64,000 bases of DNA from Spirochaetia bacterium (GCA_965199955.1 CBDATQ010000001.1:384001-448000), one strand, 5' to 3'; positions 11,399 through 21,035 are shown, numbered from the stretch's first letter. Numbers and translations: made by a program. The notes: generated from the letters alone by a model not told the origin.

Positions 11399-11794
11399 AT
11401 GGAGATGACCCGCCACAGGGTGACCGTGCGGCTGCACCACACCGACGCCGCCGGCGTGCTGTTCTACGGCCGGCTGTTCGAGCTGGTGCAGGAGGCGTTC
11501 GAGGAGGCCCTGCGGGCCGGCGGGCTGCCCCTGGCCGATCTGCTGCGCGGCGGTGGCTTCGGGCTCCGGGTCGTACACGCGGAGGCCGACTACGCCGCTC
11601 CGGTCCGCGTCGGCGACTCGTTGGACGTGCGCCTGTCGTTCGAGGCGGGCGACCGGTCGCTGCGGGTCAACGCCGAGATCGCCGATGGGGCCGGGCGTAC
11701 GGTCGGGGCGGCTCATGTCGTGCACGCCGCCGTCGATTGGGCGACCGGCGCGGCGGTGCCGCTTCCCGACGCGGTGCGAGCGCTGACGCGATGA
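11399..11794 (+). CDS. Hotdog-fold acyl-CoA thioesterase (4HBT/DHNA-CoA hydrolase-like)
   Basis: VRLHHTDAAGVLFY...VVHAEADYAAPVRVGD. Confidence 0.85.
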   Translation: MEMTRHRVTVRLHHTDAAGVLFYGRLFELVQEAFEEALRAGGLPLADLLRGGGFGLRVVHAEADYAAPVRVGDSLDVRLSFEAGDRSLRVNAEIADGAGRTVGAAHVVHAAVDWATGAAVPLPDAVRALTR

Positions 11795-11971
11795 TTCAGG
11801 CGTGGCTGCTGGACTACCGGCCCCTGGTCCAGTCGGTGGCGGGGGATGCGGCCGCCCAGCCGGAAGGTCGCTGACACCCCACGAACGGGCAACGAATGCG
11901 GCGCCTGGAGCATGGATCATGACAGAAGCTCCATGCGTGATGGCTAGCTCGTTCTATCCCAATATCAGTCC

Positions 11972-12184
11972 ATGAGACGCACATCAATCGAGATCGATGA
12001 AGCACGGCTCACTCGCGCTCAGTCCGCACTCGGCACCACGGGAGTCAAGGACACCATCGACGCGGCGCCGCAGGAGGTCATCCGGGCCGATCTGCGCCGG
12101 CGATTGGCTGCACGCATTCGATCGGGAGAGGGGATCGACCGCGGCCGGGAGGTGCTCGACGCCAGCCGAGGCTGGCAGCGTTGA
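11972..12184 (+). CDS. VapB-family antitoxin
   Basis: MRRTSIEIDEARLTRAQSALGTTGVKDTIDAA; 4-nt overlap with the PIN gene. Confidence 0.85.
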   Translation: MRRTSIEIDEARLTRAQSALGTTGVKDTIDAAPQEVIRADLRRRLAARIRSGEGIDRGREVLDASRGWQR

Positions 12185-12597
12185 AGCTGTACCTGGCGGA
12201 CACCAGCGCATGGCACCGAGCGGACAATCCCGCGGTCGCCGGTGTATGGGAGACGCGGCTGATGGCCGACTCGATGGCGACCTGCGCCCAGGTTCGCCTG
12301 GAGATCCTCTATTCGGCTCAAGGCGCCGACGACTACGAGAAGCTGAGTGCAGAGCTTCTGGCACTTCACCAGCTCCCATGCACGGCCGAGCACTTCGATC
12401 GCGCCCTTGACATCCAGGAGCAGCTCGCTCGGCAAGGTGGGTTGCACCATCGCAGCGTGAAGATCCCGGACCCTGTGATCGCCGCCTGTGCCGAGGCCGC
12501 CGGCGCCACGGTCTGGCACTATGACGAGGACTACGACCGCATCGTCGAGGTTACCGGCCAGCCCGCGGAGTGGATCGTTCCGCGCGGTTCGCTGTAA
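12181..12597 (+). CDS. VapC PIN-domain toxin
   Basis: YLADTSAW...LEILYSA...DPVIAACAE...VWHYDEDYDRI. Confidence 0.9.
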   Translation: MKLYLADTSAWHRADNPAVAGVWETRLMADSMATCAQVRLEILYSAQGADDYEKLSAELLALHQLPCTAEHFDRALDIQEQLARQGGLHHRSVKIPDPVIAACAEAAGATVWHYDEDYDRIVEVTGQPAEWIVPRGSL

Positions 12598-12789
12598 CTG
12601 GAACCATCCTGTCGACCGCCGGCGGCACAAACCGGTCTGGTTCGTTGATGGTCGAAATCAGGCAGCGCCGGACCTGCGGCGTGATGATCTCAAGGTAGCG
12701 GACGGATACGCGTCGACGGCGAGGTATCGCCGTTCGTATCGGTCGTCGAACTCGTCGAGCGGCGCGAGGTCGAGTCGCTCTCTCGATCT

Positions 12790-13005
12790 CTAGACGATCT
12801 TGGTTGCTCGAACCGGCAGCTCTTCCGTTTCGAGCTTCGAAAGGTCCAGCCGCTCCGAGGCATGATCGATGTCGAATCCGACTACGTCTCCATTGGCGTC
12901 GAGATCGACGTTAACGTTGGATGCTACCTCGTGCGTTTCGGCACTTGGCTCGTTCTTCAATTCTATGTAAAGACTGTCCGTTTCAGGGTAATAGTGCAGC
13001 TTCAT
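12790..13005 (-). CDS. DUF2283-family protein (putative antitoxin)
   Basis: MKLHYYPETDSLYIEL...NVDLDANGDVVGFDIDHAS. Confidence 0.88.
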   Translation of the reverse strand: MKLHYYPETDSLYIELKNEPSAETHEVASNVNVDLDANGDVVGFDIDHASERLDLSKLETEELPVRATKIV

Positions 13006-13196
13006 GGACTTCTCCTGAATCTTCGATCAAAAGCGTTGTGAACCGTTTCTCCATCGTCCAGGGTGACGACGCGCAGGACACGAGGCATCTCCTCGCCGGG
13101 ACGAATAATCTCACCCCAGAACCGGATGCGACCATCCGGTTGGACTTGGCGCTCGATCGGATCCGCGATCACGGCCGCGCACCACCTCGGATCTAC
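13002..13196 (-). pseudogene. 5'-truncated small putative toxin gene paired with DUF2283
   Basis: Manual translation VDPRWCAAVIADPIERQVQPDGRIRFWGEI...RVLRVVTLDDGETVHNAFDRRF*. Stop coupled (ATGA) to DUF2283; the frame begins at the ankyrin gene stop with no start there. Confidence 0.65.
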
Positions 13197-14282
13197 CTAC
13201 TGCTGTGCCAGGAACTCGACCAGCTTGGTTCGCTTCTTGGCGCGGGCGACGTCGAGCGCAGTCTGACCGGCGTCGTCCTGCCGGCCGACGTCCACGCCGC
13301 GCTCGACCAGCAGGCGCACCAGGGGCACTCCGGCGCCGGAGCTGACCGCCACGTGCAGGGCGGTTTCGCTGGTCTTGCTCATCACTTCGTTCGGGTCGCA
13401 GCCGTGGTCAAGGAACCAGGTGACGCCCTGCAGGCTGCGCATGTTGACCGCGCAGCCGAGCGGGTTGTAGCCGCCGTGGTGGGCGGTGCCGCGCGTGCCG
13501 TTCATGTCGATGGCGTCGTGGCGCAGCAGCGACTCCAGGACGTCGAATTGGCCGTCGCATGCCAGGTGGTTGGGGGTGTCGTCATCGCTCAGGCGGGCGC
13601 CCCGCTCAAGCAGCAGGTCGGCGATCGCGCCGTTGTCGGCCCAGCACGCCTGATCGAGCGCCGTGGCGGGGTCGGCGCCGTGCTCCAGCAGCAGCGTCGC
13701 TGTGGTCAGGCGATCCTCGTCGCTACCTGCCTTGCAGCGGGCGCAGTAGTGCAACGGCAGCCAGGAGCCGTCGCGCGAGTCGGGATCGGCCTGCGCCGCC
13801 GCTTCGGGCGACTCCGCCAGGATGCGGGCGACCCGCTCGTGGTCGGCGATCGCGCACGCGGTGTAGAGGTCCAGATCGCCCCCGACGCGCTCCAGCAGCA
13901 CAGGCACGTACTCCGTGCAGCCCATGGCGGCGACGGTCACCGCGTCCACCAGGTAGTAGCTGCCGCGCAGCATCGGGTCGGCGCCGTGCTCCAGCAGCAG
14001 TCGCACCGTCTCGGTGTGGCCGGCCGTCTTCGGAGCGGTCTTCTTGAACTCCACCGTGCGGTGCAGCGGCCGGTAGCGGTGCGCGGTAGGCGCCAGCACG
14101 TTGACGTCCGCTCCCTGCTCGATCAGGAACCCGACCACCTCGTCATGCCCGCCGTAGCAGGCGTTCATGAGCACCTGCCAGTAGCCGGCGGTCTCCGCAT
14201 CGGCCTTGACCGCCGCCCGTACCGCTTTCAGGTCCCCCCTGCCGGCGGCTCCCGCCGCGGCCTTCGCCTTCGCCTTGTCCAT
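13197..14282 (-). CDS. Ankyrin repeat protein
   Basis: Repeated ANK motifs (ACYGGHDEVVGFLIEQGADVN; VRLLLEHGADP; ETALHVAVSSG...LLVERGVDV...GQTALDVA). Confidence 0.92.
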   Translation of the reverse strand: MDKAKAKAAAGAAGRGDLKAVRAAVKADAETAGYWQVLMNACYGGHDEVVGFLIEQGADVNVLAPTAHRYRPLHRTVEFKKTAPKTAGHTETVRLLLEHGADPMLRGSYYLVDAVTVAAMGCTEYVPVLLERVGGDLDLYTACAIADHERVARILAESPEAAAQADPDSRDGSWLPLHYCARCKAGSDEDRLTTATLLLEHGADPATALDQACWADNGAIADLLLERGARLSDDDTPNHLACDGQFDVLESLLRHDAIDMNGTRGTAHHGGYNPLGCAVNMRSLQGVTWFLDHGCDPNEVMSKTSETALHVAVSSGAGVPLVRLLVERGVDVGRQDDAGQTALDVARAKKRTKLVEFLAQQ

Positions 14283-14350
14283 GGCGATGAGCGTATCAGG
14301 CACGCTGTCAGGCCGCGATCGGCGTAGCTCAGTTCGGCTGCAACACATTG

Positions 14351-14379
14351 TTGACAATTTGACAGGTTGGAGCCATGGT
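14351..14379 (+). promoter_or_regulatory. Putative promoter of the phd-vapC pair
   Basis: TTGACA (14351)-17 nt-CATGGT-6 nt-GTG; second TTGACA at 14359. Confidence 0.5.
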
Positions 14380-14385
14380 TGCACC

Positions 14386-14625
14386 GTGAGAGCGTTACCG
14401 GTGGCTGAGCTCAAGGCGGAGTTTTCGAAGGTTCTGGCCGACGTGCGGCGCGGAGAGCGCATCGGCGTCCTGTACGGACGATCCAGGGAGCCGGTCGCCA
14501 TGATCGTCCCCTACGAACCGGAGCCTGTCGGGAAGCGTGAGATCGGCTTCCTTGACGGGAAGGCTACGATCGAGTTCGCGGAAGACTACGAGATGACCGA
14601 GGCGGAGTTCCTTGGCGATACATGA
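14386..14625 (+). CDS. Phd/YefM-family antitoxin
   Basis: VRALPVAELKAEFSKVLADVRRGERIGVLYGRSREPVAMIVP. Confidence 0.88.
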   Translation: MRALPVAELKAEFSKVLADVRRGERIGVLYGRSREPVAMIVPYEPEPVGKREIGFLDGKATIEFAEDYEMTEAEFLGDT

Positions 14626-15023
14626 GTTATCTCCTGGATACGCATGTCCTTCTCTGGGCAATCGCCAAGTCGAGTGAACTGTCTGCATCCGCTCGGGCGA
14701 TCATCCAGGACCCGCTCAACCAGATCCACGTGAGCACGGTGTCTCTCTGGGAGGCGTCGCTGAAGTATGGGTTGGGCAAGCTGAAGCTGGGCTCTCTGGA
14801 CCCGGACGAGATTCCCGATCACTGTCGCCGTCTCGGCTTCGAAATCGTCCCGCTGGGAGCCGTCGAGGCTGCGACCTGCCACGCATTGCCGCGGGTGGAG
14901 GCGCATCGTGACCCGTTCGATCGGATGCTTGTCCATCAGTCCGTTCACGGGAACATGACGCTGATCACCCGAGATAGACGGATGGAGCATTATCGATCCC
15001 ACGGATTGCGCCACGTGTGGTAG
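14622..15023 (+). CDS. VapC PIN-domain toxin
   Basis: YLLDTHVLLW...VSTVSLWE...HRDPFDRMLV...LITRD. Confidence 0.93.
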   Translation: MSYLLDTHVLLWAIAKSSELSASARAIIQDPLNQIHVSTVSLWEASLKYGLGKLKLGSLDPDEIPDHCRRLGFEIVPLGAVEAATCHALPRVEAHRDPFDRMLVHQSVHGNMTLITRDRRMEHYRSHGLRHVW

Positions 15024-15050
15024 ACGGCGCACCACAAGAGGAGAAGGGAA

Positions 15051-15707
15051 GTGAGCCTGAAGGTCTACGATTTTCACACGGACATCGCCAACGTGCTGGT
15101 GACGCCGCAGATCCGCTGCCGGTTCATGAAGATGGAGGTCGGGCAGGCCGCCGGCGGCCACACCCACGACCTGGGGCACGAGATCTTCCTGGTGCTGCAG
15201 GGGAGGGCGGAGTTCGAGATCTCAGGGGAGCGCGCCACCCTGGGGCCGGGCGAATTCTGCATCGCCCTGGTCGACCAGTACCACAGCGTGCGCAACGTCG
15301 GCGACGAGGAGATGATCATGTTCCTGTCGGTCACCCCGCACATCCAGCCGACCCACACGTTCTGGAACGAGGACGGCACCAAGGAGCCGCCGCGCTTCAT
15401 GCCCGCCGGCAGCTACGACGAGCCGGCGGACCGCGAGACGCCGACGGCGGAGCTGGCCGAGCGCCATACGGCGGCGGCCGCGGCTCTCGCGGAGTCGGCT
15501 GCCGCGGCCGGCAACATCCAGCAGCAGGAGGCCGACCGCTGCGTGCAGGCGCTGGAGGCCGGGGACCAGCAGGCCGCCGAGGGGGCCCGCGAGCGGATGT
15601 GGAACGCGGTGTCCGACGTGCTCGGCCGGGCCATGAAGCTCGGCGACACGTGGAACACGTTCGCCGCCCGCACCGCCGATCCGCCGGCCGGCGCACCGGA
15701 CGCATGA
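15051..15707 (+). CDS. Cupin-domain protein with helical C-terminal extension
   Basis: HTHDLGHEIFLVLQG...HSVRNVGD cupin motifs. Confidence 0.85.
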   Translation: MSLKVYDFHTDIANVLVTPQIRCRFMKMEVGQAAGGHTHDLGHEIFLVLQGRAEFEISGERATLGPGEFCIALVDQYHSVRNVGDEEMIMFLSVTPHIQPTHTFWNEDGTKEPPRFMPAGSYDEPADRETPTAELAERHTAAAAALAESAAAAGNIQQQEADRCVQALEAGDQQAAEGARERMWNAVSDVLGRAMKLGDTWNTFAARTADPPAGAPDA

Positions 15708-16795
15708 GCCTCCTCCGCGTCGGGGTGGTGGGTTGCGGGGCGATCGCCCAGATCCACCACCTGCCCAACCTCACCGCGCTGCACGAGCACTTCGAGGTGT
15801 CCGTGGTGTGTGACGTGTCGCCCTCGGCTGCCGCTGCCGCCGCGCGCCGCTTCCACGTGCCCGAGCACGTCACCGACTACCGGCGCGTGCTCGACAGCGA
15901 CGTTGACGCGGTGGTGCTGTGCCACACCGACCCCAAGACGGAGGCGGCAATCGCCACCCTGCAGGCCGGCAAGCACCTGTTCATCGAGAAGCCGGTCTGC
16001 CTCTCCCTGCAGGAGATGGACGCCATGATCGCCGCCCACGGCTCGGGGCTGGTGGCGCAGGCGGCCTACGTGAAGGTGTACGAGCCCGGCTTCGAGCTGG
16101 CGCAGCAGGCGGTGGGACGCATGGACGACATCCGCTTCGTGCAGATCAATCACCTGCACCCGGACAACCGGCTGCACCTGCAGCAGTTCGACCTGCAGCA
16201 CTTCGACGATCATCCGCCGGGCAGCCTGGAGGCGGCGACGGAGGCGCGGCGCGCCGCCTGCCGGCAGGCGATCGGCGAGATGGACGAGGAGCTGGAGCGC
16301 GCCTTCGGCCTGCTGACCGGCAGCATGATCCACGACCTGTACACGCTGCGGGTGATGGTCGGCCGGCCGAGCTCGGTGATCGGCGTCGAGATCTGGCGCG
16401 AGGGCCGCGCCGTCACCTGCACCCTGGGATTCCCGAACGGTGCGCGCTGCGTGGCCACCTGGATCGACCTGCCCGACCTGTGGGACTTCTACGAGACGCT
16501 GGAGATCTACGGCGACGCGCAGCGCGTCCGGCTCTCCTATCCGACCGGGTTCGCGCGCGGTATTCCCTGCAGCCTCACCGTGCAGGGCATCGACGCGGAG
16601 GGCAGGGCCTACCGCAGCGAGCCGGCCGTCGACTGGGAGAGCGCCTTCGCCCGCGAGCTCCGCCACTTCCACGCGAGCGTGGTCGACGGCGTCCCCAACC
16701 GCACGCCGCTGGCCGACGCCCGCCACGACGTGAGCCTCATCATCGACATCGTCCGCCGCTACCAGGCGGCCGCTTCCGGAGCACGCGCATGCTGA
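15704..16795 (+). CDS. Gfo/Idh/MocA NAD(P)-dependent oxidoreductase
   Basis: RVGVVGCGAIAQIHHLP...GKHLFIEKP...SMIHDL; ATGA coupling to the cupin gene. Confidence 0.92.
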   Translation: MSLLRVGVVGCGAIAQIHHLPNLTALHEHFEVSVVCDVSPSAAAAAARRFHVPEHVTDYRRVLDSDVDAVVLCHTDPKTEAAIATLQAGKHLFIEKPVCLSLQEMDAMIAAHGSGLVAQAAYVKVYEPGFELAQQAVGRMDDIRFVQINHLHPDNRLHLQQFDLQHFDDHPPGSLEAATEARRAACRQAIGEMDEELERAFGLLTGSMIHDLYTLRVMVGRPSSVIGVEIWREGRAVTCTLGFPNGARCVATWIDLPDLWDFYETLEIYGDAQRVRLSYPTGFARGIPCSLTVQGIDAEGRAYRSEPAVDWESAFARELRHFHASVVDGVPNRTPLADARHDVSLIIDIVRRYQAAASGARAC

Positions 16796-17238
16796 AGACC
16801 TCCCTCATCCAACCCGACATGCTGCGCGCGCTCGGTCGCGCCGGGCACGGGTCGCAGATCCTCATCGCCGACGGCAACTACCCGGCCGGCACCACCCTGG
16901 GCCCCAACGCGGAGCTGGTCAGCCTGAACCTGGCGCCCGGCACTGTCACCGCCACCCAAGTGCTCGAAGCCGTGGCGTCGGCGGTGCCGATCGAGGCGGC
17001 CGCGGTCATGCAGACCCTCAAGGCCGGCCCGTACGCACTGGCCGAGCCGCCGCCGATCTGGGCGGAGTTCAGCGCCATCCTGGCCGCGGCCGGCTTCGAC
17101 GGCGGGCTTCAGGAGATCGAGCGCTTCGCGTTCTACCAGGCGGGGCGCGGCCCCGACGTGGCGCTGACCATCGCGACCGGCGAGCAGCGCATCTACGCCA
17201 ACGTCCTGATCACCATCGGCGTGGTCAAGCCGGACTGA
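16789..17238 (+). CDS. RbsD/FucU-family sugar mutarotase
   Basis: LGRAGHGSQILIADGNYP...IERFAFY...IATGEQRIYANVLITIGVV. Confidence 0.92.
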   Translation: MLKTSLIQPDMLRALGRAGHGSQILIADGNYPAGTTLGPNAELVSLNLAPGTVTATQVLEAVASAVPIEAAAVMQTLKAGPYALAEPPPIWAEFSAILAAAGFDGGLQEIERFAFYQAGRGPDVALTIATGEQRIYANVLITIGVVKPD

Positions 17239-17245
17239 GCGCGCC

Positions 17246-18226
17246 ATGGCTACCACTGCATCGCACATCGCCGGCCGCGACTGGAACGCGCCGGGACCCT
17301 ATCCCGATCCCGCGATCGAGGTGCTCGATCCCCGCTTCGCGGCCTTCAAGCTCAAAAACACCGCCGTCGAGCGGCTGTTCACCGGCGCGCGCTGGGCCGA
17401 GGGGCCGGTCTGGTTCGGCGACCACGGCTGCCTGCTGTTCAGCGACATCCCCAACAACCGGATCCTCCGCTTCGATGCCGCCGGCGGCGGCGTGAGCGAG
17501 TTCCGACGGCCGTCGAACAACACCAACGGGCACTGCCGCGACGCGCAGGGCCGGCTGCTGTCCTGCGAGCACGACACTCGCCGCGTGACCCGCACCGAGC
17601 ACGACGGCTCGGTGACCGTGCTGCTGGACCGCTTCGACGGCAAGCCGCTGAACGCGCCCAACGACATCTGCACCCACCCGGACGGCTCGATCTGGTTTAC
17701 CGATCCCGGCTACGGGACGCTCTACCAGTACGAGGGCCACTGGGCCGAGCACGAGCTGCCGGCCCGCGTCTACCGGCTCGACCCGGCGACCGGGCGCGCG
17801 ACGGTGGCCGTGGACGACATGGTGATGCCCAACGGGCTGTGCTTCTCGCCCGATCACGCGCGCCTCTACGTGGTGGAGACGGGCGCCTCCCATCACCCCG
17901 GCTGTCCGCGCGTGATCTACGTCTACGACCTGGAGGGCGGCCGGCCGTGCCGGCAGCGGGTGTTCGCGGACATGCAGCCGGGCAGTTCCGACGGGGTGCG
18001 CGCCGACATCCACGGCAACCTGTGGGCCGCCGCGGGCTGGGGCGGCCCCGGCTTCGACGGCGTGCACTGCTTCTCCCCGGAGGGCGAGCTGCTCGGCCGC
18101 ATCCACCTGCCGGAACCGTGCGCGAACCTCTGCTTCGGCGGAGTGAAGAAGAACCGCCTGTTCATGGCCGCCAGCCAGTCGCTGTACGCCGTCTACCTGG
18201 AGACGGTCGGGGCGCAGAGCCCGTAG
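17246..18226 (+). CDS. SMP-30/gluconolactonase family protein
   Basis: WAEGPVW, FSDIPNNRI, LNAPND, MPNGLCFSPD, DGVRADIHGNLW, ANLCFGG. Confidence 0.95.
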   Translation: MATTASHIAGRDWNAPGPYPDPAIEVLDPRFAAFKLKNTAVERLFTGARWAEGPVWFGDHGCLLFSDIPNNRILRFDAAGGGVSEFRRPSNNTNGHCRDAQGRLLSCEHDTRRVTRTEHDGSVTVLLDRFDGKPLNAPNDICTHPDGSIWFTDPGYGTLYQYEGHWAEHELPARVYRLDPATGRATVAVDDMVMPNGLCFSPDHARLYVVETGASHHPGCPRVIYVYDLEGGRPCRQRVFADMQPGSSDGVRADIHGNLWAAAGWGGPGFDGVHCFSPEGELLGRIHLPEPCANLCFGGVKKNRLFMAASQSLYAVYLETVGAQSP

Positions 18227-18246
18227 CCCCCACGCCGCCCGCCCGG

Positions 18247-18496
18247 TCACACGATGTCGGGACGCGGGTCGCCGATCGAGCCGGCGTAGTAGAGCGGCAT
18301 GAAGGCGAGCCGTTGCTCGGGCAGCCGGGACCAGGTTCCCGAGTACAGAACGATGCCGTCGGCGCAGTACGGTGGAGGCGGCCACGATCGATCCGGTGCG
18401 ACAATACTCGTGTACGCTTTCCGGCATCCCGCCGACGAAGAAGTAGGTCTTCAACTCGTGCAACAGCCGGCGTTGCACGGCTTCGTCCACCTCCGA
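18247..18496 (-). pseudogene. Internally deleted remnant of an AAA_14/DUF4143-type ATPase
   Basis: LKTYFFVGGMPESV joined out of frame to GIVLYSGTWSRLPEQRLAFMPLYYAGS...*, which resembles the C-terminus of this family. Confidence 0.6.
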
Positions 18497-18630
18497 CTAA
18501 ATGATCAGACCATGAATGTTGGCTCGGTGCCTCTCCTTGCAGCTACGCCGGCAGTGGACGAGACGATCCGTTGAACGTGGTACCACGACGTGCGAGCACA
18601 TCGCGGTCGAAGCAGGCTACGCTCGGGCCG

Positions 18631-19383
18631 ATGATGCCTGAACCGTCCGAGCAGGAACCGATCGACCGTCACGCGGAGGCGTTCCGCGTGCTGGTGACGC
18701 TGGGGGAGAGCACCACCGCCGGCGGCTGGAGCTCCACCAGGGAGCGCTGCTGGTCTTCGGTGCTGGCGGCGCTGATCAGCGACTTTCAGGACGAGCCGGT
18801 GCGGCTGGTCAACGCCGGCATCGGCGCCAACGTGATCTCCGACCGGGTCCCCGTCTATCCCCACTCCGGCAAGCCGGCCGCCAGCGAGCGGATCGGCAAG
18901 CACGTGATCGCCCACGCGCCCGACCTGCTGGTGGTCTCCTACGGCCTCAACGACGCGCGCGGCGGCACGCCGGCGGAGCTGTTCCGCACCGAGCTGCGGT
19001 CGCTGATCGCCGCGGTCCGGCAGGGCTGCGATCCGCTGACCGTCCTGCTCGGCCCCTACTTCATGACCGCGTTCCGCGGCCACGCCCACTTCGACCACGC
19101 GGACCTGCAGGTGTTCGAGTGCTTCAACCTGGTCACGGAACAGGTGGCGCGGGAGACGGACTGCCTGTTCTGCGACGTCCTGCACGCCTACGGCGGATCG
19201 CCGTGGATGGTCCACGACGACGGCGTGCACGCCAACGACCTCGGACACCGGCTGGTCGCGCACCGGGTCTTCGAGACCCTGGCCCGGCACTGCTCCGGTC
19301 TGGCCGTCCGCACCAAGCGCCTGGAGCGCGAGAGCGAGCGCTGGCGGGACGAGTCGACGCTCAGGGCGGACTACGGGTACTGA
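18631..19383 (+). CDS. SGNH/GDSL hydrolase
   Basis: VTLGESTTAG, VNAGIG, YGLND, DGVHAND. Confidence 0.9.
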   Translation: MMPEPSEQEPIDRHAEAFRVLVTLGESTTAGGWSSTRERCWSSVLAALISDFQDEPVRLVNAGIGANVISDRVPVYPHSGKPAASERIGKHVIAHAPDLLVVSYGLNDARGGTPAELFRTELRSLIAAVRQGCDPLTVLLGPYFMTAFRGHAHFDHADLQVFECFNLVTEQVARETDCLFCDVLHAYGGSPWMVHDDGVHANDLGHRLVAHRVFETLARHCSGLAVRTKRLERESERWRDESTLRADYGY

Positions 19384-19408
19384 CCGTGGCCGATTCACGA
19401 CAACGACA

Positions 19409-19942
19409 GTGAGAGTTCCCCCGCGTGGCGGCCGGCCGCGTCTGCTGATAGACGGGTCCAAGGTGGCGCGCAATGCCGAGGGATGGCTCGTGGCTGCACC
19501 AAGGAACGTGTTCGTTCGCGACTGGAAGGAACAGGAAACCTTCCTTGAAGTCAGCGTGGAGCATCCAGGTATTGGCGAGAGTTTCCCCGTAGCCCTGAAG
19601 AGAGGTCGCCGCGGCTATCTTGTCGCCGGACTGAGCCTTCCGGAGCGTGGCCCATTCGGCTTGGCGCGCGTTTCCGTACACATGAGATACCATCGAAGCG
19701 AACCACTCGCCGGGTGCACCTTCTGGTATTGGCCGAGCCTGAGGGGACTGCGCGGTTGCGTCTTCGATGCGGCCTGCCCGCCGGGGAATCTTGCGGAAGC
19801 ACATCTTGACCACATCAAGAGGACGGACGGGCAGATCTCGCTCTCGGCGGACGCATCGCATAGGTGCCGCCTGGCTTTCGAGGTTGACGGAAAGATCATC
19901 TCCTTCCTTCTCCGAGGAGGTTGTGCGACTGAGGACCGGTAA
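19409..19942 (+). pseudogene. Probable fragment of a foreign hypothetical gene
   Basis: Open frame visibly lower in GC, with many A/T-ending codons; no clear RBS and no recognisable motif. Confidence 0.35.
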
Positions 19943-20021
19943 GGATCCGGCGCTGCACTCACCGCCTCGACATCGCAGCCCCGACCGGGCACTCTCGGTG
20001 GGGTAGGCAAGGAGGAACGCC

Positions 20022-21032
20022 ATGGACCCGCTGCAGGGCGTACGGCTTGGAACGACGGACTTGAAGGTGACCCGGGTGAGCTTGGGCTGCGCGCCGATCG
20101 GCGGCCTCTACAGCAACATTCCCGACGAACAGGCGACCCAGGTCGTACGCACGGCGCTGGAGGCCGGCATCAACTTCATCGATACCGCCGCGCTGTACGG
20201 CGCCGGCACCAGCGAGCGGCGGGTCGGCGCCGCGCTGCGCGGCGTGGCGCGCGACAGCTACGTGCTGGCGACCAAGGTCGGCTGGCGCTTCGAGCACGTG
20301 CCGGGACCCAGCGGATTCTCCGAGTACTGGGACAGCCCCGGCGCCTGGATGGTCGAGTGCCGCAACGACTACAGCGCCGACTGGGTCGAGCGGTCGCTGG
20401 AGAACAGCCTGACGCGCCTGGGCATCGACCGGCTGGACGTCGTGCACATCCATGATCCGGACGAGGACGAGCACTTCGCGGAAGTGATGGACGGTGCCTA
20501 CCCGGTGCTGGACCGGCTGCGCTCGCAGGGCGTGATCGGCGCGGTCGGCGCTGGCATGAACCAGAGCGAGATGCTCGCGCGCCTGGCGCGCGCAGGCGAC
20601 TTCGACTGCTTCCTGCTGGCTGGCCGCTACACGATCCTGGAGCAGGGGGCGCTGGACGAGCTGCTGCCGCTGTGCCTGGAGAAGGACATCAGCATTATCG
20701 CCGGCGGCACCTACAACTCGGGCATCCTGGCCACCGGCTCTCAGGGCGGCCCCGACGGCGCCCGCTACGACTACATGGAGGCGCCGCCGGAGATCGTCGC
20801 CCGGGTGCGGGGTCTGGAGGAGGCTGCGGCCACGCACGCGGTCGACCTGCGCGCCGCCGCCAGCCAGTTCGCGCTGGCCCACCCGGCGGTCGCCTGCATC
20901 GTGCCGGGTACGCGCCGGCCGGAACGGGTGCTGGACAACCTGGAGCTGGTGCGCGTGGAGATCCCGTCCGCGTTCTGGGGCGAGCTGCGCGACCGCGAGC
21001 TGATCCGGTCCGACGCGCCGGTGCCGTCCTGA
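20022..21032 (+). CDS. Aldo/keto reductase (D-threo-aldose/L-fucose dehydrogenase-like)
   Basis: SLGCAPIGGLY, FIDTAALYGAGTSERRVG, TKVG, HIHDPD, LLAGRYTILEQ; AGGAGG SD. Confidence 0.93.
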   Translation: MDPLQGVRLGTTDLKVTRVSLGCAPIGGLYSNIPDEQATQVVRTALEAGINFIDTAALYGAGTSERRVGAALRGVARDSYVLATKVGWRFEHVPGPSGFSEYWDSPGAWMVECRNDYSADWVERSLENSLTRLGIDRLDVVHIHDPDEDEHFAEVMDGAYPVLDRLRSQGVIGAVGAGMNQSEMLARLARAGDFDCFLLAGRYTILEQGALDELLPLCLEKDISIIAGGTYNSGILATGSQGGPDGARYDYMEAPPEIVARVRGLEEAAATHAVDLRAAASQFALAHPAVACIVPGTRRPERVLDNLELVRVEIPSAFWGELRDRELIRSDAPVPS

Positions 21033-21035
21033 CGC

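Noticed and set aside
11791..11874. 27-codon ORF MIQAWLLDYRPLV... coupled to the thioesterase stop
   Set aside because: Too short and no motif; cannot be supported without conservation data
12600..12789. Intergenic stretch that looks like degraded coding sequence
   Set aside because: No family or structure could be recognised
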